Shown: positions 20,632 to 30,397, counted from the first letter of the stretch. The stretch is DNA of 64,000 nt from Alphaproteobacteria bacterium (GCA_015062385.1 SUUT01000004.1:8433-72432), one strand, 5' to 3'. Numbers and translations are program-made. The notes: generated by a model not told the origin, from the letters alone.

Positions 20632-20711
20632 AAAATGTGCTGAAAAAAATAAATTATTTTATAAGTGATTGAATTTGCAGATAAATAAATGAGTGTCTTT
20701 TTCATTTCATG
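20632..20711 (+). repeat. Intergenic repeat module B, copy 1
   Basis: ~80 bp (AAAATGTGCTGAAAAA...TTTTTCATTTCATG), repeated at 22174-22253 with a few substitutions. Confidence 0.75.
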
Positions 20712-20960
20712 TTTTTATTGGCTATTTATGGTCGCATATTAAAGGGAGAAATGAAACATCTTCATTTCAGTATGCGGATAGATTGTAGAATATCTAGAAA
20801 TATCACAAGAAAAAGCTAATCACATAGTTGAGCAAATAAAAGCGAGTGTTATGCAATGGAAGCAAGTTGCAAAACGTTTAGGGTTATCACAAGCTGAAAT
20901 CAATAAAATGGAGCCGGCATTTAAGGTGTAGTTATTGTCTTTAAACATTATTCCACAAAG

Positions 20961-21983
20961 TTATATTATTTCCCAATGACCACCTTTATCCGGTCCGATA
21001 CGGCGAATTATACCTTCTTTTTTCAATTTATTAAGATTCCATTTTATACCATCAGGTGTTAATCCTATTTTTTCAGCTAGTTCTTTCCTTGTAGCCTTAG
21101 GATTACTTTCTAAAATTTTCAATATTTTCTGGGTAGTTTCTTGGGTGGCTTTCTGGGTAGTAACACTATCTTTTATTTGCATTTCACGATTGTCTAATAC
21201 ATTACTTTCGCCTAATAGTAGATTTCCAAAAAATTTATTTAAGAATTCCATTGTATAGGGAATATCTTTTCTTAAGTTTTGGTAATTTGATCTAACTAGA
21301 GCATTACGAAAATATTTAGCATGTTTTTCAAACAAATCATTATTGGCATCAAAAACCAGTGTATGAAGGTATTTAATAACAAAGACAGCTGGTGTTCTCG
21401 TATTGCCTTCTCCAAAAGGATGAATTTACCATATACCAGATACAAACTTTGCTAAATGCTCAACTTTTTCTTTTATAGATAACCCTTTATAAATGAACTT
21501 TTTTTCTTGTGCGAAATCATAATCTAGAGTTTCACGTAAACTGTCAGAGCGACCATAAATAACAGTATCTCCATTCAAGATAGGTTCTTCTTTTGTTATA
21601 TCGTATGTACGGATTTTACCAGCAATTTCATTATCTAATATTCCTGTAAATAGAACTTTATGAATAGAAAGAAGTTCGGTAGGACTAAAAGAAAAAGTGT
21701 GTGTCGCCAATAGTTTATTAATACGTGATGAAACCTCATCAGCCTCTTGTTCTTTTTCTTGTTCTACGGTCTGTGCAGGATTTTGTTTGTAATAGTGACG
21801 AATTTGTTTTACAGCTTCATCAGTTGAAATTTTACCTTCAATATTGTCTTTAGCTACTTCTATAAGGTATTTTGAAGGAGTTAAACCATCAACCAGTTGG
21901 AGACCAATAGCAGCCCCCCAGTTCTCAGCTTTTTTTGCCTTTTCAGGTTCACCTTGCTTTTTATATTCTTCAAAATTATCCAT
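20961..21983 (-). pseudogene. Fic-domain protein with C-terminal wHTH, one in-frame TAA (21426-21428)
   Basis: ...AKFVSGIW is followed by TAA, then the same frame continues IHPFGEGNTRTPAVFVIKYLH... (Fic motif HPFxEGNxR) and runs into track ORF 20961-21335. The C-terminal KATRKELAEKIGLTPDGIKWNLNKLKKEGIIRR looks like a wHTH. Confidence 0.8.
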
Positions 21984-22062
21984 TTATCATTGCTCCGACA
22001 CTAATTTAGCATGATTTTAGCTTATAACGTCTTATTTTTCAACATAAAAAGATTTTTTATAA

Positions 22063-22154
22063 GAAAAAATATAGATACTTTTGAAATTATAGCCCAAAAT
22101 TTGAGGTGTTTTGTGCGCTAAAAAAATGGGGATTGGTCTGAACTCGTATCTATA
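22063..22154 (+). repeat. Intergenic repeat module A, copy 1 (~90 bp with 10-bp terminal inverted repeats)
   Basis: The ends ATATAGATAC ... GTATCTATAT are inverted repeats. The whole module recurs at 25256-25345. Confidence 0.75.
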
Positions 22155-22173
22155 TATAAATTTCTGGCAAAGT

Positions 22174-22253
22174 AAAATGTGCTGAAAAACAAATCATCTT
22201 ATAAGTAATTGAATTTATAGATAAATAAAATGAGACGTCTTTTTCATTTCATG
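22174..22253 (+). repeat. Intergenic repeat module B, copy 2
   Basis: Matches 20632-20711. The small-ORF start carried on copy 1 is broken here. Confidence 0.75.
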
Positions 22254-22392
22254 ATTTTGCAATTTATCGTTCGGTAGTTTGAGAGTTTTTCGTTCGGATG
22301 TTTGAGGATTTTTTATTTCTTGATTTTACAAAAGGCATGATATTCGGTAAAATTTTTCGCTTTTCGGTAATTATTCGGTAAATATTTAAAGC

Positions 22393-22503
22393 AACACGTG
22401 ACAATTTGTCACGTGTTGGTTACAATCTGTAACCAACTGATAACTCAAAATATGTAAATTTAAACATTTATTATTCATTTTCAGTTGTCTACAATTTGTA
22501 GAC
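22393..22503. promoter_or_regulatory. Three related palindromes (operator-like) upstream of the AbiEi-like gene
   Basis: AACACGTGACAATTTGTCACGTGTT (22393-22417), GGTTACAATCTGTAACC (22418-22434) and GTCTACAATTTGTAGAC (22487-22503). All share an ACAAT-N-TGT core. Confidence 0.5.
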
Positions 22504-22740
22504 GTTTAAAATCCTTCTGCTTCCATTTTTTGTATACCTAATAAGTAATCCAAACGGTTACAAAGTGTGACGGTTTGAAGATGACCGCAAGACAGTAAAA
22601 TGCGTATTTGTGCAAGATAAATATGTTATCAACATTTAAGTATATGTAATAAACTTTTTTCTTTTATTTATTTAATTTGATAAAAAAATACTTGATTTTC
22701 TCCGCGAAGTTGTGTGTAGTAAAACCAACTGGAGAAAATT

Positions 22741-23331
22741 ATGATATGTTCCTTTGATGATTTAGCTATAAAATATAAAAACTATGTAGATGTTAAAAAT
22801 AAAATTAGGCGAGAAGTTCAATCTGGACGTTTGGTGCAAATTACAAGAGGTTTGTACGAAACAGATGCTAGAGCAGATGGTAAATATTTAGCTAGCATAA
22901 TTTGTGGACCTTCTTATTTATCGTTCGATTATGCACTATATATTTATTCATTAATACCAGAGGCTGTATATAAAACATATACATCAGCATCTTTTCAGAA
23001 AAGGAGAATGAAAAGATATGATAATTATTTTGGTGTTTTTATATATCGAGATGTTCCAGCTGATGTATACCCATTGGGTGTATTATTATATGAAGAAAAT
23101 GGTTATTCATATCAAATAGCAACACCGGAAAAGGCTTTGTGCGATAAATTATATTCTTTACCTCCAGTCAAGAATTTGACGGAGTTTAGAGCTCTTTTAT
23201 TTGAAGATCTTCGTATTGATGAAGACGAGTTGATGAAGTTAAATAAGGAAATAATTGAAAAAATAGCACCATGGTATCGTGCAAACAATTTGAAATTGTT
23301 TGTGAAATTTTTTAGAAAATGGATTAAGTAG
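22741..23331 (+). CDS. AbiEi-like antitoxin/transcriptional regulator (orphan; no AbiEii partner downstream)
   Basis: The N-terminus ...RREVQSGRLVQITRGLYE... and the C-terminus ...IATPEKALCDKLY... resemble type IV TA AbiEi proteins. A GGAG RBS is present. Confidence 0.55.
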   Translation: MICSFDDLAIKYKNYVDVKNKIRREVQSGRLVQITRGLYETDARADGKYLASIICGPSYLSFDYALYIYSLIPEAVYKTYTSASFQKRRMKRYDNYFGVFIYRDVPADVYPLGVLLYEENGYSYQIATPEKALCDKLYSLPPVKNLTEFRALLFEDLRIDEDELMKLNKEIIEKIAPWYRANNLKLFVKFFRKWIK

Positions 23332-23616
23332 CATTTTATATCCTTAAAAATTTAAGGACTGTTGTCTTTAAATAGCTCTACACATTTTATAAGTTATATT
23401 TAGCATAAAAATACACAAAATTCAGGGGTTATATTATTAAATTATACACAAAATTCTGAACATTTATGGCTGAAATATACACATTTTTCTTAATTATTAG
23501 ATGTGCTTTATATTTAATTATGTAAAATATAGTTTACAGTATATCGGTGTAATGTAAAAGATAATTTACAAAAACATCACAATGATAGCTGTTGCAATTC
23601 TGAATTTTTAATATGT

Positions 23617-25064
23617 CTAATTTCTAGTTGTTACGTATTTTTGGTTTGGATGGCTAGGTTTGTCTGGATACACTTGTTGAAGTGTACCTGAACTTATTAA
23701 TGGATATATAATGTTTTTCAAAAATTTAGATTTATTACTATATCCGAAGTGTTTCATAATTTCTGCCGCTTTTTTAGGTTCTTGGCAAAATTCAAGGACT
23801 GTGTCCCTAACTGTGTCCCTAACTGTGTCCCCAACTGTGTCACAAGGTGTAATCGATACTTTAGATGTAATATTATTATCCGTTTTATTAAATAAATTTA
23901 TTTTCCAATCTAACTTAAAAACATCGCCATCAGTTAAAATTGGTTCATGTCCAGCATATATTTTTGCGTATTTTGATATTTTACGAACGCCAGAACCTAA
24001 TTCTTCAGCCCATCCAATTTCTTTAAAAAATTTAGCAATTGTTGGATTTTTCGGATATGGAGTGTTATTATCAGGATTAATATTTCCACATATATAAGGT
24101 TTATTTCCATTTTCTGTAACTAATCTGTCGTGTTCAATGACTAATTTTGCCGGATAATGATTGGTAAATTCACGATGCATCAACAAATTTACTGTTATTT
24201 CACGAAAGAGTATAGCTCTTAAATCCTTACGAATATCACCATCTAAATAAAACGGAGATGGTAGATGTTTTGTAACAAATGCCATAATTCGGTCATAACT
24301 ATCTATTAAATTTGTTCTTATGTCATCTCGATCATCATAACGTTCAGCATCTTTAACACGTAAAATTAAGTCTGTTTTATAATGAGGTAAAATGGATTGA
24401 ATTACATCATCCTTACCAAATAACAAGGCACAAGCACGAGTATATCCTTCTTTTTGTGAGTTGAAGTCTTTTTTATACAAACCGGCACTTTTTAGTAATT
24501 GCTCATTATCCATATCCTTCCAAGGATGGTCAGGTTGTCTATTTGTAGCCATTTTACGACATTTTTCTATCAAATCTTACGTAAATCTGATAATTGGAGA
24601 CCTGGAAAAATATCATTTTCAGAATAAGACGTATCTTTGTTAAGGTACAATTGAGCAATTTGTTTAGGTTGATGAGTTATATCTAAATCAGCATCGGCAT
24701 TACATATATAAATTTTATTGCAACATACATGGACATCAGAACTTACAGGTACAAGAATGTATAAAATCATTTCTCCATCAATATTCACTTCTTCAATTGA
24801 AAGATAGAGTGGAGGATGAAATTTTGAATTATTATTAATAGTATTTACAAAATCTTTTTTATATTGAGAAATTTTATCTTTAGGAATTCCTATAATTGTG
24901 CCATTATCGGCAACGCCCAGTAAAATTTCACCACCTTGTGTATTAGAAAAAGCACAAATGGTTTCATATATACTTTTAGGTAAGCCTCCCTGAGCTTCCT
25001 TAAATTCAATTTTTAGGCCTTCACCTTGGGCTATTAATGCTCTAATTTTTTCAATCATATCCAT
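23617..25064 (-). pseudogene. AlbA_2 (Schlafen-like) + HATPase_c_4 putative DNA-binding ATPase, frameshifted at ~24570-24575
   Basis: ORF 24570-25064 ([32 protein letters not shown] is an AlbA_2 signature) and ORF 23617-24573 overlap by 4 nt in different frames. Such proteins are normally a single ~480-aa chain. Confidence 0.6.
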
Positions 25065-25255
25065 TCCTTTAAAGTTTAATTCTTTATCTTAATTTTATAA
25101 TTCCACTTTTATGCATACCAAATTTTATTAAAATTAAACAAAAAAAGCAAGGGTTAGGCATTAATTTTACATAATTTTTATTTTATTTGTATTAACTAAT
25201 TGTTTCTAAACGAATCGTAAATTTTTATTGAAGACTAAATTTATATTTTTACCCT

Positions 25256-25345
25256 GAAAAATATAGATACTTTTTGAATTATTCTTCCAAATTTGAGGTG
25301 TTTTGTGCGCTGAAAAATGGGGTTTGGTCGGAACTCGTATCTATA
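25256..25345 (+). repeat. Intergenic repeat module A, copy 2
   Basis: Matches 22063-22154 and is followed, as in copy 1, by a TTCGGTAATTATTCGGTAA(A)TATTTA motif (25371-25395 vs 22363-22388). Confidence 0.75.
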
Positions 25346-25526
25346 AATGAAGGTGTTAGTACTTTCGCTATTCGGTAATTATTCGGTAATATTTAGGTGA
25401 GATTGTTTTTTAATAACCCAGAGTAAATTTTAGATACAAGCTCAGACCAGATTGAGCTTTATCTTTTTGTAAGTGTCTGGAATATAAAGATATTCAAAAA
25501 TCTTAAATCCAATGGGGGCTTATCCA

Positions 25527-25859
25527 CCACCAATTATAAAAGTCTTATCAAAATTGATAAGACTTTTTATTTTGATATGGGATGTTCAATTCCAACATCA
25601 ATTCGTTTATGACTACCGTCATAACGCATTGTGTTTCATTGCGTCTCACCGCAAAACTCCGGCCACAGGCAGGTTTTTGCGGTACCGTCCTCTTTTTTTG
25701 TGTCCTTGATGAGGCCTCAAAAGCCCATTGTCTGCGGGGTTTGTGAGATTCTGTATTTCATTTATGATGTGAACATATGAGTCACTGCTAAGCGATTTTT
25801 TATTAAAAACACGAAAAATAGATATTTTTAGATTGACCTTGTCCAAATCAAAAATGCCT
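25527..25859 (+). repeat. Right copy of the ~334-bp direct repeat flanking island 1
   Basis: Begins CCACCAATTATAAAAG..., the same as the tRNA-Met 3' end plus its terminator hairpin. It is collinear with 711-1044. Confidence 0.85.
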
Positions 25860-26550
25860 TTTGGGGGAGGTTTTTCTTAATCCCTTATCTCATATCATCA
25901 ATCATTCATCAGAGTAAAGCCTAAGAACTCATGACCACTTGTGTAGTAATTTGCCAAACAATAGTGACAAAGTAGGACTGTTTCGTTTGCCATTTAATAC
26001 AGTGTTAAAAATATCATTTGATGAGATGATATTGAATAACGTCATAGAAGATTTCAGTTTTAACCATCAATGCTACCAAAATATCTTCGATTGATTTATC
26101 TGTATGATTCAATAGTGTTTTTAATATCTTAGTTAAATGACTGTTTTATGAAAGTTTATTTCGAACAATCAAAGTCAGATGTTTTATCATTTGTAGCTGA
26201 CGAATCGAAGTTAGAATTATGAAGTGCAGAATTTTCAGTAATATTACTCAGTTACTAAAAAGATGTGATTGTGAATAAAATTATATTTATTGTATGAGTG
26301 AAAAGAATGGAAGATGAGACTAAAAAATAATTTTAGAAAACTATAGAGGATATAAAAATGAAAAAGCGTTTTGGTTCAATGACTTAACTTTATTAATAAG
26401 GAAAATAATGTCGGAGAATCTTCTATGTTAGATACTTTAAATATATTTTTTAATGAAAAAGAATATGAATTGAGTTTTGATAATTTTTGTAAAATACCAG
26501 CTATTATTCTGCTTAATTTAAAATTTCTTTTGAGAAAAAGATAAAACGGC
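25860..26550. other. Gene-free AT-rich segment, probable decayed island remnant
   Basis: No ORF of 60 aa or more on either strand. The first ~85 bp are still weakly similar to 1045-1130. Confidence 0.35.
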
Positions 26551-26579
26551 TTGCAAATTTAAAGCAATAATGTTAAACT
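26551..26579 (+). promoter_or_regulatory. Candidate sigma70 promoter of tRNA-Glu
   Basis: TTGCAA (26551-26556), 17-nt spacer, TAAACT (26574-26579). The tRNA starts at 26591. Confidence 0.4.
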
Positions 26580-26590
26580 GCATAAAAATT

Positions 26591-26665
26591 GACCCTATCA
26601 TCTAGCGGTTAGGATACAGCCCTCTCAAGGCTGGCACACGAGTTCAAATCTCGTTAGGGTCGCCA
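26591..26665 (+). tRNA. tRNA-Glu (anticodon CTC)
   Basis: 75-nt cloverleaf with acceptor GACCCTA/TAGGGTC. The anticodon stem CAGCC/GGCTG carries loop CTCTCAA. T-loop TTCAAAT and an encoded CCA are present. Confidence 0.88.
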
Positions 26666-26678
26666 TTAAATGTAAACG
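26645..26678 (+). repeat. attL of island 2 (3' part of tRNA-Glu plus 13 nt)
   Basis: CAAATCTCGTTAGGGTCGCCATTAAATGTAAACG. A near-copy at 38021-38050 has one C>T change and a 4-nt TTAA gap. Confidence 0.75.
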
Positions 26679-26853
26679 TCCAAGGATGGGCATTTTTTCT
26701 TTTATTTTCATAATCTTATAAGAGTTCGTAAATTCATTTCTAAAAACAGGCTGTCTTTTCAAATTTACGAACTCTTGAGCGAAAATTGCCTTTAAAATCA
26801 ATACAGGTACTCTGTGATGCTGAAATTACTGTCCCAGGAATTTGCCTACTATT

Positions 26854-26878
26854 AAGTGACATTGACGTCACATAATCG
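26854..26878 (+). promoter_or_regulatory. 25-bp palindromic motif, copy 1
   Basis: AAGTGACATTGACGTCACATAATCG, intergenic, 3' of the MTase gene. Confidence 0.55.
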
Positions 26879-26927
26879 AATAAAAAAGAGGCAACCGAAG
26901 TCGCCCCTTTCATCTTGTGTTCAGACC

Positions 26928-28886
26928 TTATTTATCAGCTTCTTTTGCTTCCGTCGCTATCTTATCACCGGGAAACGTGCTGAGTAGCACCAACATCATT
27001 TTCGGACAGACGTGCTCGCCCAAGGCATCACGAACATTGTCTTCATCCTTAGAAGTCAGCATACTATCTTTCCAATGCAAGCTCTCAAAATCATCATCAA
27101 ATGCTTTGGGAGGCAATAATGGATCCAAAAAGTCGGCAGAGGCACCCATTAACAGAAGCAATTCATGGATTGAAAAGACACGCACATCAGAATAGCATCC
27201 TTTCTCAGTGAGAGGACGACCATAGTGAACGGATGAAACGTCTCCAATGCTGCCACTACCACTTGTGATGGTTGGACAGGGGTAGGCTGGGTCAACGCGT
27301 CTATAGCTCGCTTTAAAGCTTGCTCCTGCTGCTGAACCGCTTTTATTCTTTGGTTGATACAGAACCGAATTTAACCATGTGGACATCCCAGTCGGTGTAT
27401 GCTTCAAAAATTCAATTTCATGATCCGTCAATGGCAAAGCGTAATGCCACCGATTATCAGGATCGATTTCACCGGCTTCTAAACTTTTCAGCATATGGAT
27501 GGCTTCAAAAACAGTTGGGCGGAATTGATGTTTCTTCGGAAATTTCCAATCGCCCAATTCTTCCTTCCAAAATAGAATGAAACAACGTTCACGGTTTTCG
27601 GCTGTCCCATAATCAGCAGCAGATAAAATGCCGACACGTGTCTTATATTCCATCCGATTCAATTCGTCCAAAACATATTCGCCGATTGTCTTATCGCCTA
27701 AAATATTCAAGGCTTTTTCGGGGCGACTTACCAACCAAAGAGGCACATTTTCAATGATACCGGCTTTATATCCAACCGCTTCAATATTTTTCAGCGTATC
27801 GGCAAACAATGTGGCACGTTCGGTCGTTCCCTTACTATCCGCTGTATTTAAATTGGAACTATCTTGGCAAGGTGGCGAGGTAAAAACGAAGGTAGCCCCA
27901 GCCGCTCTACTTTCTGCCACAATTTCATCAAAGATGGGCTGATCGGAGATGCTTCCAATAATGGTTTTGCAGTTTGGATACAGTCGCCGGTGGGCTTTAC
28001 CGCGCCATTCATCCCATTCGTTTGCGACCGCAATTTTAATGCCTGTGACCTTTTCTACAAGGCTGGTCCCAATTCCGATATTGGCGAATAAGGAAACGGC
28101 AACGATAGGCTTTTCAAGTGTCAAAGTCTTGTCCACCGTTTCAAAGTCATCCTCTTTGGCGCACCAATCTTTCAGCATTTTCCCTTCCGTTTTTTTAGAA
28201 TCTTCATCTTGAACCTTTTTGGCAATATCCTTACTTAACGCCATAGAATGGGTCGGCACTTCACTAATTGAAATGGCATGACTGACAGCGGCATAAATGT
28301 TAGGCAATTCTAATTTTTGAAAGTCACGAATTTGGCGGGCACCTAAGCGAGGATAGCGTTCATGAACCACATCTTTTTTTGTTTTGCGACTGGCTGATTT
28401 TTTCTTCAAGCCCTTTTGTCCCTTAATAGCCTTTATATCTTGACAAATCAAATATTCAAGCAGCAACTGATAGGCAGCTTCAATTTGGACCTTCCGCAAC
28501 TGTTTGGTATACTCTTCATCTGAAAGTGGTTGACTCTTCAAAACGGTCATTTTTGCCTTCAATCGGTTTGAAACCTGATCTAGAAGTGTGGGCAAATTCT
28601 CCTTATCAGAAAGAAGAACGATCGGTAAAGTGTCAAAATTATCATTTGCACACTTAGAGGCCAAGTCCGCCAGCTCGTCTTCGGTCAAATAGTCGTTCTG
28701 AAAAATTTCTTCCAAAGTCTTGTCCTGCAAGGCATCTGGCAAAGTAAAATCTGCTTGGAATACCGCATTGTCATTGGCCGCTCTTTCCGCAGCTTCTGAT
28801 TGTGGTTCCATTGGGGTAAAAATCTCACCGTTAGCAGCCAATTTTGCTTCTTTAATAATTGTTTCTAATATACTTAGATTACTCAT
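26928..28886 (-). CDS. DNA (cytosine-5)-methyltransferase with ~290-aa N-terminal extension (no cognate nuclease adjacent)
   Basis: C-terminal-half motifs are LFANIGIGT (I), TSPPCQDSS (IV), IIENVP (VI) and AENRERCFILFW (VIII). The probable start, ATG at 28886, has an AAGGAAA RBS; the track ORF starts at 28928. Confidence 0.8.
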   Translation of the reverse strand: MSNLSILETIIKEAKLAANGEIFTPMEPQSEAAERAANDNAVFQADFTLPDALQDKTLEEIFQNDYLTEDELADLASKCANDNFDTLPIVLLSDKENLPTLLDQVSNRLKAKMTVLKSQPLSDEEYTKQLRKVQIEAAYQLLLEYLICQDIKAIKGQKGLKKKSASRKTKKDVVHERYPRLGARQIRDFQKLELPNIYAAVSHAISISEVPTHSMALSKDIAKKVQDEDSKKTEGKMLKDWCAKEDDFETVDKTLTLEKPIVAVSLFANIGIGTSLVEKVTGIKIAVANEWDEWRGKAHRRLYPNCKTIIGSISDQPIFDEIVAESRAAGATFVFTSPPCQDSSNLNTADSKGTTERATLFADTLKNIEAVGYKAGIIENVPLWLVSRPEKALNILGDKTIGEYVLDELNRMEYKTRVGILSAADYGTAENRERCFILFWKEELGDWKFPKKHQFRPTVFEAIHMLKSLEAGEIDPDNRWHYALPLTDHEIEFLKHTPTGMSTWLNSVLYQPKNKSGSAAGASFKASYRRVDPAYPCPTITSGSGSIGDVSSVHYGRPLTEKGCYSDVRVFSIHELLLLMGASADFLDPLLPPKAFDDDFESLHWKDSMLTSKDEDNVRDALGEHVCPKMMLVLLSTFPGDKIATEAKEADK

Positions 28887-29008
28887 TTTCTTTCCTTTGT
28901 TAAAAATTAAAACACCCTTTCGGGACACCTTTAATTTTATCAGGTATTAAAGGTAAACAAAAATGAATAACTTAAAATGTCTGTATTTAATATATAACTA
29001 TTTGGATA

Positions 29009-30235
29009 TTAATATTTTTTGTTATTATAATATCTTCTAATTCGTAAAATATTTGCATCTTTTTTTACTTGTTCTAAATGGGGTATGTAGTATTTGGGTG
29101 CCTGTTTTGCATAATCAATATAAACGGATTTGCTTTTAACGCACTTATAAAATGCCTGTTTTTTTACACCAACGATTTTTAAGGCTTTTTCTCTGGTACA
29201 CCAATATTTATCAAACCCTTCTTTTGTATAATCAACATCATCGATTCTTCTGCTTTTATCATAATGGTGATATTCCTCTAAACAGGCATTTACGGCTTCA
29301 ATCCCATAGTATTCTCTTGAAATGGTTTTTATGTATGTTTTACCAGTGGCTTTTCGATCCGTTGAAAAACGATACATTGAATCGCAAACCGTCACTTCGT
29401 TTATATGAAATATCTCGGCCAAATCATCTTGTGTCAGGACATAATTTTTATCAGGACGTTCTGCAACTTTACTTCTAAAATGAAATGCAACTTGAGCAGA
29501 GTGTTCGCCAGTTAAAGTTCGTGTTTCTCTATAATTTCCATTAATTGTTTGTGTTGGATTCAAATTCGTAATTGTTTGTAGCAATTCATTTTGTTGAAAA
29601 TTGCAACGTGGAATGACTGTTTGATGGTTTAAATAATCACAAAACTTTTCCAATACAAATTTACCTGTATATTTCCCTTTCAATTTATAAACAATATGTA
29701 GAGCCATATCTTCGGGATTCTTGATTTTATTATCCTGAACGATTTTAATGATTTTGTTTGAAAAATAGGCATCATGTTCTTGTTCATCAATCAATTTTGA
29801 AGGTAAAGAATGTTTAAAAACGATATCATTGAAAAGAGTCACATAGGTATATAAATCTTTCACATGGACGGTATCTATATAGTAATCTTTTCCATCAAAG
29901 AAATATAATTTAGCTTCGTTTATGTCGTCATTTGATAGCCACCCTGTTTGATACATAGGACATATAATTTTACGATAATAACCAATAGCATCACAGATTG
30001 TTATTCTATCTAACTTATATCCTTTGTTGGCCCGTTCATAGTATTTGGTTAAGACAGGTAATATCCAGTCAGATAGTTTTTTCCAAGCATATTCTGGATC
30101 TGATGTATTAGGAAATGTTTCTTTGCAAATTTCATCAATTTTTTTAAGGTAATTGTTGACGGTAGCCGCGTTTTTTAACTTGCTTTCTGATTTTTTTAAT
30201 AACCATTTCTTAAATTTCACTTTTATTGTATTCAT
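29009..30235 (-). CDS. Hypothetical protein (408 aa) with two HTH-like segments
   Basis: A long ORF in an otherwise ORF-free strand context. The segments VLTQDDLAEIFHINEVTV and WCTREKALKIVGVKKQAFY look HTH-like. No catalytic motifs are recognised, and no RHRY tyrosine-recombinase signature is seen. Confidence 0.5.
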   Translation of the reverse strand: MNTIKVKFKKWLLKKSESKLKNAATVNNYLKKIDEICKETFPNTSDPEYAWKKLSDWILPVLTKYYERANKGYKLDRITICDAIGYYRKIICPMYQTGWLSNDDINEAKLYFFDGKDYYIDTVHVKDLYTYVTLFNDIVFKHSLPSKLIDEQEHDAYFSNKIIKIVQDNKIKNPEDMALHIVYKLKGKYTGKFVLEKFCDYLNHQTVIPRCNFQQNELLQTITNLNPTQTINGNYRETRTLTGEHSAQVAFHFRSKVAERPDKNYVLTQDDLAEIFHINEVTVCDSMYRFSTDRKATGKTYIKTISREYYGIEAVNACLEEYHHYDKSRRIDDVDYTKEGFDKYWCTREKALKIVGVKKQAFYKCVKSKSVYIDYAKQAPKYYIPHLEQVKKDANILRIRRYYNNKKY

Positions 30236-30397
30236 AGCCCTATTTTATCGTATTTTTATTTAAAAGTAAAACCGAAAAATCATACTTGTTTGTTTATACT
30301 GAAAAAGGCATATAATAAGTAGCGTAAGTCTGCCATAAAGAAGCGCAAAATTGGCCTTTTTCATGAATAAAAATTTTTTTGTTCGTCTCATTTGATT

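Larger units (their letters stand above)
717..25526. mobile_element. Composite genomic island at the 3' end of tRNA-Met (defence/R-M cargo, nested recombinase-replicon module, decayed genes)
   Basis: tRNA-adjacent and bracketed by long direct repeats. Cargo is R-M/Abi-type genes plus a serine recombinase, DUF2924, a Rep-like gene and iterons. It is more AT-rich than the core part and contains multiple pseudogenes. Confidence 0.7.

Noticed and set aside
17255-21983. Idea that the in-frame TAA codons indicate an alternative genetic code (TAA reassigned) for the embedded element.
   Set aside because: TAA is used as the terminator of clearly complete genes in the same window, for example tuf at 41041 and cas1 at 55698. 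No suppressor-type tRNA is visible in the window. Nonsense mutation at CAA is the more economical explanation. It is kept as a testable alternative in the findings.
29009-30235. ORF 29009-30235 as the missing tyrosine integrase of island 2.
   Set aside because: The N-terminus is vaguely SAM-like, but I could not find an R...HxxR...Y catalytic pattern. It is left as a hypothetical HTH protein pending a profile search.
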